From an uncultured Verrucomicrobiota bacterium (GTDB lineage Bacteria; Verrucomicrobiota; Verrucomicrobiia; Limisphaerales; CAZZJO01), in the NCBI GenBank assembly GCA_964654645.1, contig CAZZJO010000043.1, positions 24,650-88,649 of the forward strand: a stretch of 64,000 bases of DNA. The letters are read 5' to 3'. Made by a program: the position numbers and the translations under genes. Under the pieces are notes generated by a model that worked only from the letters and a program-made list of their open reading frames with translations, had not been told where the DNA came from and did no database searches. Every line of letters begins with the position of its first letter. Positions within the stretch are counted from its first letter, which is position 1. Shown here in pieces: positions 19,714 through 29,884 of the stretch.

Positions 19714-20417
19714 TTTTTATTTCGGCATGAGGGAGGGCTAAGTTTAGCCTGGCAAAGCCCATTTTCGGAAAGGGTTGAGCAAGATTTCTGCGGACGAAGC
19801 CGTTTCAATTTCATCAGAAACGGTTTCAGCAATTGTTCCATTTGGTTTTAAAGGTGGTTTTGTGCTGTCTACGTACAGGTTTTTGACCGCAAGGCAGTGT
19901 GAGTATTGTGATTTGCACACTTTAGGGGGGATGCATCCCTGAACGGCTGTCGATTTAACGGCGGTTCCCGTAACAGATGCTATCCCAGTTAAGCAGTCAA
20001 AGAGCTAATGGAGTGTGGGTTTGGTGTCAGCATTAACCGCTAGACTGAGTCCGAAGGTCAGTGGTTCCGAAATACGAATTGTTTTCGGGGTGAAGCAGTC
20101 TTACGGCATCTTGAATTCAACGAGTAAGTGAGAAGAGATTTGCTACATGGGGCCGCTCAAATTGAGGTTCATTTGGGAGAAAGCGTAAGGCTAATCCTCA
20201 ACATTTTATGGCGTATGAAAGGGCGAAGAAGGGTGTTTGGTCCAATGGGTGGTTTTCTGGGAAATGAAAGGATGGCTCTGTACTTTGATACGAGTGCCAG
20301 CCTAAGAGACCAACGTTGACTTCAAGATTTGGGAAATAGGAAAGGTTAGGATGAGCCCCGGGTTATTTATAGGGGGTTAATTGTTTTTTTAAAAGTAGAA
20401 TATGATGGGGTGAGGTG

Positions 20418-21158
20418 TCACTCTTGAGGCGAAATCTTTTGATTTTCACGCTTGATGAAGTCTTGTGGCCACAACAGATCGGGGCGGCCATGTGTGGTGG
20501 GATCGACCTGTTTAACAATAAGTTCGCCTGGATGGCGTGGATCCCCTACTAAGTAGAGTCCCCAATCATAGTCAATGATTACAAAGGCTTCGCGGTTATT
20601 GATGAACGCCAGGCTGACGACAGAATTAGGTCTGCCTTTGATTCGAGCGGTGAGTTCACCTTTAGACGCATCGTGTGCTAGTTCAACCTTGATGGGTTCA
20701 ATAAGGAATTCTTGGCCATCGAGCCCTGGCAAAACGAGCTCTGTGATTGGTTCCCCGGTTAATTTGGCTTTTTGGAAAATAGATTGGGTAGGTATGTTTC
20801 TATACACAAGTTGCCGCCTAATAACCGAACTGTTTTCCTCAGCCATTTTTTCGTAATGGTGCGGGTTTAGTGCTAGCAAACGGAGGAAATTAGTGTCTTT
20901 CCCATCATCGATTATGACCCATCCATGGAGCTTTGAAGTCAGAGTTGGAACCAGCGAGAAGGCTTCGGATAAATTGGTCTTCGTATTGGTTTCGTAAGCA
21001 ACGGGACTCGTGCGCTGGGTAACTGAAGGATTTGGATGGGTTAGGGGCCCAGAATGAATTGGAAAGGCCTTTTTATTGATGAATTTGGCTGTTAACCACC
21101 CGAATAAGATGATTGCGGCGATTCCGAGCACAAATGCGAAATGGCGATATTTAGCCAC
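20418..21158 (-). CDS. Membrane-anchored or exported hypothetical protein resembling a reprolysin-type prodomain
   Basis: N-terminal hydrophobic helix. The beta-rich segment LVLPGLDG..GELTARIKGRPNSVVSLAF..REAFVI..GELIVKQVDP resembles bacterial M12B prodomains (recognised by eye). Confidence 0.6.
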   Translation of the reverse strand: MAKYRHFAFVLGIAAIILFGWLTAKFINKKAFPIHSGPLTHPNPSVTQRTSPVAYETNTKTNLSEAFSLVPTLTSKLHGWVIIDDGKDTNFLRLLALNPHHYEKMAEENSSVIRRQLVYRNIPTQSIFQKAKLTGEPITELVLPGLDGQEFLIEPIKVELAHDASKGELTARIKGRPNSVVSLAFINNREAFVIIDYDWGLYLVGDPRHPGELIVKQVDPTTHGRPDLLWPQDFIKRENQKISPQE

Positions 21159-21239
21159 AGCACTTTAAGATAAACCTTTTGTAGCTGTCAGGGAAGGCAG
21201 CTTTCTTAAGGTGCTTATTTGCGAGGGGGTACGCTTCAT

Positions 21240-21725
21240 TTAAAGGGAAGCGATCTTTTTTGCGATTGCTGTAGTAGATCTGCCTGGGGTTAAAGGAAGG
21301 ATCACAATTTTGGTCCCGAGTCTTTCGAGTATTCCTTTTTCTTTGGGGTTGAGTTTGTCCAGGGTGTAGTCTCCCCCCTTTACATATATGTCGGGGCGTG
21401 CAGATTCCAGGAGACGTTCGGCTGTAGTTTCTTCAAATACCACCAAGGCATCTATACACTTCAGCTCGGAAAGAATGGTTAGCCGATCTTCAAGGCAAAA
21501 GATTGGGCGGTCAGGACCTTTTATTTTGCGAATGGACTCGTCACTGTTTACTCCTACAAGTAGCACATCCCCTAAGGTGCGTGCCTGTCTCAGGTAATTA
21601 ATGTGACCTGCATGTATAATGTCGAAGCAGCCATTGGTAACGACCAAAATTTTATTTTGCTGCTTGAGGTCCTCTCGCCACTGTGGCAGCTGATCTATTG
21701 TGAGGATTTTGCTGAATTGGTTCAC
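21240..21725 (-). CDS. rfaE2: D-glycero-beta-D-manno-heptose 1-phosphate adenylyltransferase (stand-alone HldE domain II)
   Basis: TNGCFDIIHAGH, VGVNSDES...KG..RP, KGGDY and GRSTT motifs. Confidence 0.9.
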   Translation of the reverse strand: MNQFSKILTIDQLPQWREDLKQQNKILVVTNGCFDIIHAGHINYLRQARTLGDVLLVGVNSDESIRKIKGPDRPIFCLEDRLTILSELKCIDALVVFEETTAERLLESARPDIYVKGGDYTLDKLNPKEKGILERLGTKIVILPLTPGRSTTAIAKKIASL

Positions 21726-21855
21726 GTATGCCTATTGTATTTGCTTTGCGTTTTTTGCTCAATTAGTAATGAAGGGTGTCTTTTACTGCAAAATACGGTA
21801 TTTGCTGGCGTGTCCAGGCTTGATTCGAGCGGCGGCGTGGGAGTAGTTTGGCCTT

Positions 21856-24288
21856 ATGTTGTGGGTGTTAGGTTGGTTGGTATTGTCAGCTGCAATAGGA
21901 ATAGCGTCGGATTATCCAATCTCACCTGTGCCTTTCACAGAGGTTCGGTTTACTGGTGGGGTACTGTACGAACGGCAAATGACGAATTTACTGGTTACTT
22001 TGCCATTCGCAATGAAGCAGCTTGAGACATCGGGCAGGTTACGCAACTTTGATCTGGCTGCCGAGGTTATGCGCCGCAGACGCGCTGGTGAAACCAACTA
22101 CCAGGTCAAACCACCTACTGAATACCCGTTTGATGACTCGGATGTGTATAAAGTTATTGAGGGTGCGTCTTATTGTCTAAGTCTGCAGTACGATCCTCGT
22201 TTGGCGCAGACATTGGAAGAGATAATTGCTCGTGTGGCCGCAGCTCAAGAGCCAGACGGCTACCTGTACACGTTTCGAACAATGCACCCAGATTCGCCGG
22301 GACATCCTTGGATCGGCCACGAACGATGGGAGAAAGATCCCGAATTGAGTCACGAGCTATATAACCTTGGTCATTTGTTTGAGGCGGGTGTGGCACATTA
22401 TCAAGCCACAGGGAGTCGGTCTTTGTTAGATGTTTGCGTAAAAGCTGCTGAATTGTTGTGGCGGGACTTTGGTGACGGGAAGCGGAAAATTGCACCTGGA
22501 CATCAAGTGGTTGAGATGGGGTTAGTGAAATTGTATCGTGTGAGTCACGATGATCGTTGGTTACGTCTCGCGAAGTTCTTTTTGGACGTGCGGGGTTACA
22601 GGAACAATCCATACTCCCAGGACCACAAGCCGGTACTAGAACAGACGGAAGCCGTCGGTCACGCGGTGCGAGCCAATTATATGTATTGCGGCATGGCGGA
22701 CGTGGCCGCATTAACCGGTGATCCTCGGTACTTTGATGCAATCACGCGGATCTGGCAGAACGTGGTTAGTTGTAAGTTGCATCTGACGGGTGGGTGTGGT
22801 GCTCGCGCGGCGGGGGAAGCATACGGAGATAATTATGAGTTGCCGCATCGATGTTACAATGAGACATGCGCGGCTGTGGCATTCCTTTTTTGGAATCATA
22901 GGATGTTTCTCATGACGGGGGACGCGAAGTATATGGATGCGTTTGAACGCACATTATATAACGGGGCGCTTAGTGGTGTGTCATTGTCCGGCGACCGGTT
23001 TTTCTATCCTAATCCGTTGGAATACGATGGAAAATCCCGTTTTAATCATGGTCACGCTGGTCGTGCACCTTGGTTCGGTTGCGCTTGCTGTCCACCGAAC
23101 ATTATGCGTCTGCTAGCTTCGTTGGGCGGGTATGTGTATGCAGTTGCCAGCAATAGAGTGTATGTGAACCTATTTGCCCAGTCGGAGGCGAATGTGCACG
23201 TTTCGGGGCAGAAGATAAAGTTGATCCAAAAAACTGACTACCCTTGGAGTGGAGACATTGCGTTATTAGTTTATCCGGAGCGGACAGCAGAATTTACACT
23301 AAGCATCCGGGTGCCATGTTGGGTAGAAGGTAAACCTTTGCCGAGTGATTTGTATTACTACGGAGACCGTCTTCGAACTAACTGGAAAGTCACGGTGAAC
23401 GGTGCGCACTGTGGTGCTGTCAGGAGTAACGATGGTTATTTGAGTATCACCAGGCGATGGGAGCCTGGGGACATAATTTGGATTCATTTTCCTATGGTAC
23501 CTCGCCGGGTCTTAGGTAATCCTCACATAGTTGCTACGCGCAGGCAGGTGGCTTTGATGCGAGGACCAGTAGTTTACGCATTTGAAGGATTGGATAACGA
23601 TGGATACGTGTTTGATATTGTGTTGCCTGATTGCGCTAGGATTAGTACGGAATATAGGCCGGATTTCTTTGCCAAGGTACCATTGTTAAAAGTGCAAGGA
23701 GCGTTCCGCGCTGTTTATGATGACGCAGGCAGTAAAAAGCTTGTACGCTCGGGGGAACTAATAGCCATTCCTTATGCGTGGTGGGCAAACCGAGATCGGT
23801 CACCAATGGCTGTTTGGGTTGCAAAGGATCCAATTTTTGCGAGGCCAAAACTGCGTCCAACCCTGGCAAATAAGGCCAAAGTGAGCGTTTCGTTTGCCAG
23901 AGGTGGGATGAGCCTCGATCCCATTAACGATCAGGAAACTCCAGAAAATGCCCCAATAGGATCGGTGGCTAACTTTGATTTTTGGCCCCGAAAGGGAACA
24001 AAAGAGTGGATTATTTATGAATTCCCGCAACCGGTTACTTTACGCAAAACGCGTGTGTGGTGGTTTGACGACACGGGAATTGGCGAGTGTAGACTACCAG
24101 CTTGGTGGCAAATCCTTTATAAAGAAGGCGAGCAGTGGAAACCGGTCGAGGCTTTAGACCCCTACCGGATAGAAAAAGATCTCGGGGTGGAAGTCCGGTT
24201 TAAACCTGTTACTACAATTGCTGTACGTCTGGAGATTCAGTTGCTTCAGGGATACTCGGCCGGTGTGTATGAGTGGCAGGTGGAATGA
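21856..24288 (+). CDS. GH127 beta-L-arabinofuranosidase-like protein with a C-terminal discoidin/CBM32-like domain, exported
   Basis: HELYN.GH, GHAVRA.Y, NETC and CACCPPN Zn/Cys motifs, YPW.G and an N-terminal signal peptide. Confidence 0.9.
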   Translation: MLWVLGWLVLSAAIGIASDYPISPVPFTEVRFTGGVLYERQMTNLLVTLPFAMKQLETSGRLRNFDLAAEVMRRRRAGETNYQVKPPTEYPFDDSDVYKVIEGASYCLSLQYDPRLAQTLEEIIARVAAAQEPDGYLYTFRTMHPDSPGHPWIGHERWEKDPELSHELYNLGHLFEAGVAHYQATGSRSLLDVCVKAAELLWRDFGDGKRKIAPGHQVVEMGLVKLYRVSHDDRWLRLAKFFLDVRGYRNNPYSQDHKPVLEQTEAVGHAVRANYMYCGMADVAALTGDPRYFDAITRIWQNVVSCKLHLTGGCGARAAGEAYGDNYELPHRCYNETCAAVAFLFWNHRMFLMTGDAKYMDAFERTLYNGALSGVSLSGDRFFYPNPLEYDGKSRFNHGHAGRAPWFGCACCPPNIMRLLASLGGYVYAVASNRVYVNLFAQSEANVHVSGQKIKLIQKTDYPWSGDIALLVYPERTAEFTLSIRVPCWVEGKPLPSDLYYYGDRLRTNWKVTVNGAHCGAVRSNDGYLSITRRWEPGDIIWIHFPMVPRRVLGNPHIVATRRQVALMRGPVVYAFEGLDNDGYVFDIVLPDCARISTEYRPDFFAKVPLLKVQGAFRAVYDDAGSKKLVRSGELIAIPYAWWANRDRSPMAVWVAKDPIFARPKLRPTLANKAKVSVSFARGGMSLDPINDQETPENAPIGSVANFDFWPRKGTKEWIIYEFPQPVTLRKTRVWWFDDTGIGECRLPAWWQILYKEGEQWKPVEALDPYRIEKDLGVEVRFKPVTTIAVRLEIQLLQGYSAGVYEWQVE

Positions 24289-24346
24289 TTTGTTGTTTAA
24301 GTGTGATATTTCTACGCCATTTTTTAAGGTGGTTGGGATAAAAAAA

Positions 24347-24421
24347 TGGAGCCAGCTGTCGGATTCGAACCGACGACCGGCGGTTTACAAAACCGCTGCT
24401 CTACCGCTGAGCTAAACTGGC
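24347..24421 (-). tRNA. tRNA-Thr(TGT), CCA encoded
   Basis: Reverse complement GCCAGTTTAGCTCAGCGGTAGAGCAGCGGTTTTGTAAACCGCCGGTCGTCGGTTCGAATCCGACAGCTGGCTCCA forms a full cloverleaf with anticodon TGT. Confidence 0.97.
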
Positions 24422-24431
24422 TTTAAAATTC

Positions 24432-24460
24432 TTCTTAATCGCGGCTCTGGAAAATTGCAA
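24432..24460 (-). promoter_or_regulatory. Candidate sigma70 promoter for tRNA-Thr
   Basis: On the minus strand: TTGCAA (24455-24460), 17 nt spacer, TAAGAA (24432-24437). It ends about 10 nt upstream of the mature 5' end. Confidence 0.35.
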
Positions 24461-24760
24461 GTCTGTTTTCTAATAATGCGAGGCGGTATTGGACTTCGGC
24501 GATTTTGCCAAGGGGAGAAATGAAAGCTCTTCCCAAAAAAATCTAATTAAGACCCAACTGCGGACGGTTTGTTTTTTACCGTAGGGCGACACCTTTTAAG
24601 CTGGTTGGTATAAGGTTGACTTGGGTAAAACCCATTTTGGCGCATCGGTTTTAATGCATTAAGTGACAGGGTCCAAAAACTAAATGGGCTGTGGCTTGTC
24701 AGGTTTGATAGGGGGTGGTGGTTGTACAGGTGCGTGTATAATAAAATGCAAGTGATTTAG

Positions 24761-25699
24761 GTGTACTTGATTGAGTCCATTATAACTAAGTGGCTACATT
24801 CAGATGCTTACGCGTTCAAAGAGTTGCATAGGGTATGGGAACGCGCAAGGCACGTGGAAAAAGTGTTGTGCGTTGTGTGGGCGTCGGTGACCCCGTTGCA
24901 TTTTCGGGCAGTGCAGGAATTCAGGCCGGTATTGGTAGCTTCAGGAGGACTAGCACGGGGTGAAATATACCCAAAGAGTGACGTTGATGTGAGAGTGATT
25001 TACGCAGGTTCTATAACCGGGTCGGACCGGCTAGCCATTTTGGCGCGTTTGCTGGATGGATTACGGCGTAAGTTTCGAGGCTTTAAATGGTTGGCAAGTC
25101 CTGCGTTGATCGGAATAGAGGAGGCTTTAAGGCTTGCAAGACTTGAGCCGGAATTTTTCTCCGCTTTGTTGGAAGCACGGGTGATAGCGGGTAACATTGA
25201 TACGTTTTTAGCGTTTGAGGATAAATTTTGGAGTCAATGCGTAAAGGAAATGAGGGATCAGTATTTACGGACTCGAATCGAGGATCGGCGGGCTCGCATC
25301 AAGTCTTTAAATACAGTTACGCCCATCCTTGGGGTAAACGTAAAACGTGGGATTGGCGGAATGTTGGATTTTTGGGATTTGCTTTGGAGCAATTATGTCA
25401 TGTTTGGTAGTTGGGACATTGGGGTATTGGCCGATAAAAAGCTTTTGACGTGGGATGAATTAAAGTGGTTGCTCCGTGCATACATTTTTCTTGTCCGGGT
25501 TAGAGAACATTTGCACCGATTTGCACTACCGGAGAGGGATTCAATAGAAAGTAGCATTGTGGAAGACCTTGCGACTGCGCTGGGTTACGAAGGACCGCAA
25601 AAGGCAGCGCAGTTCAATCATGATCTACGAAGGATAATGAGTGGAATTGCAAGGATTACGCTCAAAGTCCAGCTGATGCTTCTGAGGAAGGCTTTCTGA
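24761..25699 (+). CDS. GlnD-like nucleotidyltransferase module only (NT plus substrate domain; no HD or ACT)
   Basis: SGGLARGEIYPKSDVDV (GG.GRGE..P.SD.D) and NVKRGIGGMLD (..K.G.GGLRD) match the GlnD/GlnE NT fold. It ends at 312 aa and the start is uncertain. Confidence 0.7.
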   Translation: MYLIESIITKWLHSDAYAFKELHRVWERARHVEKVLCVVWASVTPLHFRAVQEFRPVLVASGGLARGEIYPKSDVDVRVIYAGSITGSDRLAILARLLDGLRRKFRGFKWLASPALIGIEEALRLARLEPEFFSALLEARVIAGNIDTFLAFEDKFWSQCVKEMRDQYLRTRIEDRRARIKSLNTVTPILGVNVKRGIGGMLDFWDLLWSNYVMFGSWDIGVLADKKLLTWDELKWLLRAYIFLVRVREHLHRFALPERDSIESSIVEDLATALGYEGPQKAAQFNHDLRRIMSGIARITLKVQLMLLRKAF

Positions 25700-26255
25700 A
25701 CGCAAAGTCAAATGTTAGAGTGCGCGTAAATGGACTAATCGTTAGCCTGAGACCTGCAAGAACGAAGATGAATCAGCGTCACCTATTGGTTAACCGGGAA
25801 ATTATAAACTGGGCTTTTGGAATGAAAGAAATTGTAGGGGAGGCGTACCTATTAAGCCGGCATGGAAGCAGGGATTAGGCTTAAAAATACGGTCTGTTCT
25901 ATATTGAACATTTAAGTTTATGTGTTGGCAGGAGATGGAAATCTTGAGGAGAGCACCTCGATTCGAAGTTTTAAACTGAATGTATGCGGCTTTTGGGTAG
26001 GAAGGCTTATCGATCTTTATTTCCTAGCAAGTGGTCGGGGTTTGATTTTTATTGGAATGACATAGGCGTGCTTCGAATTCATCCAAATTCATAACTAAGC
26101 TTTTTGTCATTAAGTTGTTTAAGGCAACTGTGCTCGTGTCATTTAGCATTTCAAAGGCTTGGAAGTCTTGCATTACAGTGCAATTGGTGAGAGCTTGCCG
26201 GAGATGTTTGAATTGCGTTGGCGTGTGTTTGCGTCATAATCAGTCATGTTGTGCA

Positions 26256-26948
26256 ATGGCAAATTCAAAAAATATAGACTTAGTGTTCAGTGCGGCTGCA
26301 AAGACGATGCTGCTTTGGACAGCTGGGATGGTATTAGTGGCAGTTGTAGGGTGGATATTGAACCGGGTTTTTGGATGTGGGACTGGCTGTTTGAGCTGGC
26401 TTGTGTTGGTGTGGATAATTGGGGTTGGGTTTTTGGGGTTTTTTTATCGGAACCCCCGTAAGGTAATTCAGTCTGATCCGCATGATGTGCTTTGTCCCGC
26501 CTATGGAACCGTAGATGCGATAGATGAGGTGGAGGAACCTGAGGTAGTGGGTGGAAAATGTAAGAGAGTATCGATTTTTTTATCTGTGTTTGATGTGCAT
26601 GTGCAAAAAGCGCCGATTGCGGGGAAGGTTTTGCTGGTGAAGCATACCCCGGGCAAATTCCTCAACGCGCTTAGGCGTGAGTCTGCGAATGTAAACGAGA
26701 ATGTGTTGATTGGAATAGAGTCGGCTGATTTTCCTGGGTGTAGAATTGGAATCCGTTTAATTGCTGGTGCAATAGCGCGTCGGGTTACCCCGTTCATAGA
26801 GGTAGGCGATACTTTGTCAAAGGGGCAAACAATCAGTCTGATTCAGTTTGGTTCGAGGGTAGACATATATTTACCACCAAGGGTGGAATTGTGTGTGAAG
26901 TTGGGCGAGCGGGTAGCTGGCAGTCAAACGATTTTAGCTAGAATATAA
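26256..26948 (+). CDS. psd: Phosphatidylserine decarboxylase proenzyme
   Basis: FFYRNP, IFLSVFDVHVQKAP and FGSRVD self-cleavage site. ATG 26256 preferred (ORF track 26115). Confidence 0.93.
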   Translation: MANSKNIDLVFSAAAKTMLLWTAGMVLVAVVGWILNRVFGCGTGCLSWLVLVWIIGVGFLGFFYRNPRKVIQSDPHDVLCPAYGTVDAIDEVEEPEVVGGKCKRVSIFLSVFDVHVQKAPIAGKVLLVKHTPGKFLNALRRESANVNENVLIGIESADFPGCRIGIRLIAGAIARRVTPFIEVGDTLSKGQTISLIQFGSRVDIYLPPRVELCVKLGERVAGSQTILARI

Positions 26949-26958
26949 ATGCCGTCAT

Positions 26959-27825
26959 ATGCAAGGCGATGGACCATTAAAAAAGGCCCTTGTCTCTGGC
27001 GGGAACGTAAAGATATATCTGGTGCCGAATATCCTTACGGCGTGCAATTTGTTTTGTGGGTTTGTGGCGTTGACTAAGATCGTTGAAGCACGGATCGGCC
27101 CAGATATGCCTCCTGAAATGGTAGCTATGGGATATTACGAGATCAAAGTGGCACTAGCTTTTATTTTGTTAGCATGCATTTTTGATATTCTAGACGGCCG
27201 GGTGGCGCGCATGGTTGGAACGGACAGTGCTTTTGGCCGCGAATTGGATTCGTTAGCTGACTTGATTTCATTTGGGGTTGCACCGGCATTTCTTGTCCAT
27301 CGGGTGGTGTTAAAGGATGTGTTTATGCAACATCCAGAGATAGGCTGGTTCATTGCCTCAATTTACTTGCTTTGTGGAGCATTTAGGTTAGCTAGGTTCA
27401 ATTGTTTGGCTGCAATGGGCGATCCTCGGGGGGCTAAAGATTTTATTGGTTTTCCTATTCCGGCGGCCGCTGGACTAATAGCGTCTTTGACCCTGTTGTT
27501 AATATGGTGGGACGAACGTGAGTTTGTCATGGGAAAATGGCGGTATATTTTGCCGGTGCTGTTGATATTTCTTTCTGTCATGATGGTCAGCAACGTGCAT
27601 TACCCGAGCTTTAAATCCCTTGACCTTAAGGCTACCAGCACTTTTACTAAGTTGTTGATAGTGGCTTTGTTTGTGGGTGCGGTCCTCATAATCCAGAAGA
27701 AGCTTTTGGTATTTGTGTTGCCCCTGATTTTCACTGCATACTTGCTTTACGGATTTGTAAGGCCATACCTTTCGAAACAGCTGAGACGTGAAATAGAAGA
27801 AGAGGATGAAGCCGACCAGGACTAG
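26959..27825 (+). CDS. pssA: CDP-diacylglycerol--serine O-phosphatidyltransferase
   Basis: PNILT, DILDGRVAR....S.FG.ELDSLAD..SFG, RLARFN and G.PIPAAA motifs; adjacent to psd. Confidence 0.95.
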   Translation: MQGDGPLKKALVSGGNVKIYLVPNILTACNLFCGFVALTKIVEARIGPDMPPEMVAMGYYEIKVALAFILLACIFDILDGRVARMVGTDSAFGRELDSLADLISFGVAPAFLVHRVVLKDVFMQHPEIGWFIASIYLLCGAFRLARFNCLAAMGDPRGAKDFIGFPIPAAAGLIASLTLLLIWWDEREFVMGKWRYILPVLLIFLSVMMVSNVHYPSFKSLDLKATSTFTKLLIVALFVGAVLIIQKKLLVFVLPLIFTAYLLYGFVRPYLSKQLRREIEEEDEADQD

Positions 27826-27912
27826 CGCCGAAAGAATTAGTAAAGGATGGCAAAGTAGTAGGAAACAGCTGTGCCGTTAATAGATGTGCGAGGCAAAAGG
27901 AAGTAATGATCA

Positions 27913-28740
27913 ATGCATTTCCCTTTGTCCCCAGTTGAACTTGCCTTCGTTATCGGTGTCACGAGCGGATTTATCCTGGCGCTTCCAGTTGGCCCGATCA
28001 ATCTTACAATCATAAATGAGGCGGGACGTAGTGGCTTTTTAAAGGGGTTAGTCATCGGGTTTGGAGCCACGCTGATGGAACTAGTTTACGTCGGAATTGC
28101 GTTTACCGGATTAGCGTCATTTGTTGTGGATCCATTTGTGATGTCGTTCTTAGAACTGTGCAGCTTCGTATTTTTAATTTATTTGGGGGTTCGATTTCTG
28201 GGGCTTAAGTCGATCCTGAATGCAGTGGAGTTAGGTAAGACGGATTGCGCGCTTGATAAAAAATGGCGCAATCGGGTTGAGACGCGGTGGACCCCACATA
28301 GTGCTTTTGGCATAGGGGTTATTCGGGTATTGGCTAACCCTGCGCTGTTGGTATTCTGGGTGGTGGTAGCTACCAATTTTTGGGGTCGTGGTTGGGTCGA
28401 CCCCGAGCATAGATTCACAATAGTAGCGTGCATAGCCGGTGTAGGATTAGGAACTCAACTGTGGTATGCCTTTCTGAGTTGGCTTGTCTCCATCAGGCAT
28501 AAATCATTGAGCGAGCTTGCCATGTTGAGACTCGCGAGGATGACGGGTGTTATTTTGCTTGTTCTGGCACTGGTACATGGGGTTAGCCTTGCCTGGTCCA
28601 TTGCCAGGCATCGGATGCATCAAAGATTTCAGTTACGTCCAAGAACTGAATTGAAGACTCCCGTTTTTCCCTTGGGTGGCATGGTTGAAGATTGGAATAA
28701 GGATGGTAATGTGAAAGATTCAAATGACTCACGAGTCTGA
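27913..28740 (+). CDS. LysE/RhtB family transporter
   Basis: PVGPINL motif, ANP...FW and about 6 TM segments. Confidence 0.8.
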   Translation: MHFPLSPVELAFVIGVTSGFILALPVGPINLTIINEAGRSGFLKGLVIGFGATLMELVYVGIAFTGLASFVVDPFVMSFLELCSFVFLIYLGVRFLGLKSILNAVELGKTDCALDKKWRNRVETRWTPHSAFGIGVIRVLANPALLVFWVVVATNFWGRGWVDPEHRFTIVACIAGVGLGTQLWYAFLSWLVSIRHKSLSELAMLRLARMTGVILLVLALVHGVSLAWSIARHRMHQRFQLRPRTELKTPVFPLGGMVEDWNKDGNVKDSNDSRV

Positions 28741-29332
28741 AAGGGAAAGCCCATGGATTGATGATGTGGAATTGATGCGCCGCGTTCGGCGGGGTGATTT
28801 AACGGCTTTTGCGCAGTTAGTTGAGAGACACAAGGCGGCTGTATACACGTACCTAGTTCGGATGGTGGGGGATGAAACTGAGGCAGAGGACCTTGCACAA
28901 ATGGTGTTTTTGCAGATTTTTAGATCAGCTCGAAGGTATAAACCCACTGCAAAATTCACTACTTGGCTTTTTACAATAGCCAGGCATTTGTGCCTTAACG
29001 AATTGAGAAGGCGGAAACGACACGCAGCTGACTATATAGAAGATTTGCATGGTGGCCCAGCAAGGGAAATTGAGGTCCAGCTGCCTGATCCCCGCCCTGC
29101 AATGCCTGATAGCGAGGTTTTAAAAGCGGAGTTTTTTCAAATGTTAGAAAAGGCGCTTAGCCAACTTCCTGAAAATCAGCGTACAGCTATAATTTTATTC
29201 AGTCAGCAGGGACTAAGTTATGAAGAGATTGCTTGTGTGTTAGGGTGTTCGGTCCAGGCCACCAAATCTATCATTCACAGGGCGCGGCTCTATTTGCGCG
29301 AGGTGCTAAAACGATACCTAAGATATGGTTAA
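28724..29332 (+). CDS. ECF RNA polymerase sigma factor
   Basis: GD..AF..LV, AEDLAQ.VF, FTTWLFTIAR (region 2) and LPENQR..LSYEEIA..LG.S...KS.IHRAR (region 4). Confidence 0.95.
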   Translation: MTHESERESPWIDDVELMRRVRRGDLTAFAQLVERHKAAVYTYLVRMVGDETEAEDLAQMVFLQIFRSARRYKPTAKFTTWLFTIARHLCLNELRRRKRHAADYIEDLHGGPAREIEVQLPDPRPAMPDSEVLKAEFFQMLEKALSQLPENQRTAIILFSQQGLSYEEIACVLGCSVQATKSIIHRARLYLREVLKRYLRYG

Positions 29333-29356
29333 CGCAATGGCAACTTTTAGTCGTTC

Positions 29357-29884
29357 ATGGGGTTTAAAAAAATGAAAATGGAAGAACGTATACAAAGGCT
29401 ACGAGAAGCCGTTTGGCAGCGAGAGTTGACGCCTGAAGAGAACGTCGAGTTGGATTTGTATTTACAAGCGAATCCACGGGCTCGGCCAGATTGGGAGTTT
29501 GAATATCAATTGGCCAGTGCGTTTCGGTCAATGCCACCCTTAGAACCGGGGAAGGGATTTACCGAGCGGGTTGTGGCCTCGGCTACGGAAATTCAAACTC
29601 AAGACACCACAAGGCGGTTAAAAGGATTTGCTATAGATTTTGATTTAATCAGGGCGTGGCGCTTAGGATTCGGACTCGCTCTGTTGATAATAGGGATAGG
29701 GCTATTTTTATGGTTTGGGCATCGACCTACACCCGGGGGGTATAACGGAGCAATCGCAGTGGTATGTGAAACTGCAAAACGGATATCCATCGATACTTTG
29801 GCTGACTATGATGTCATACTTAAACTGGGGAGTGTTAGGACGTTGCCAGAACCTGACTACGAATTGTTGCAGTTACTTCAATGA
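29357..29884 (+). CDS. Putative single-pass anti-sigma factor
   Basis: Follows the ECF gene. N-terminal helical domain, one TM segment (LGFGLALLIIGIGLFLWF) and a short C-terminal tail. Confidence 0.7.
   Translation: MGFKKMKMEERIQRLREAVWQRELTPEENVELDLYLQANPRARPDWEFEYQLASAFRSMPPLEPGKGFTERVVASATEIQTQDTTRRLKGFAIDFDLIRAWRLGFGLALLIIGIGLFLWFGHRPTPGGYNGAIAVVCETAKRISIDTLADYDVILKLGSVRTLPEPDYELLQLLQ

Noticed and set aside
19744-20004. An 86-codon stop-free minus-strand stretch between the prodomain-like gene and the metzincin (58 aa from GTG 19920), as a decayed linker or small gene
   Set aside because: It has no recognisable motif or RBS, and the metzincin has its own signal peptide, so no linker is needed.
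20043-20075. Hammerhead-like CTGAGTCCGAAGG..GAAA
   Set aside because: The core is not CUGANGA and the flanking stems do not form.
25744-25757. AGCCTGAGACCTGC, resembling the 3' end of a cobalamin riboswitch
   Set aside because: The upstream B12-box elements are absent and the downstream gene is psd.
25700-26255. Frameshifted HD/ACT continuation of the GlnD-like gene
   Set aside because: I found no HD-type motif or long open frame.
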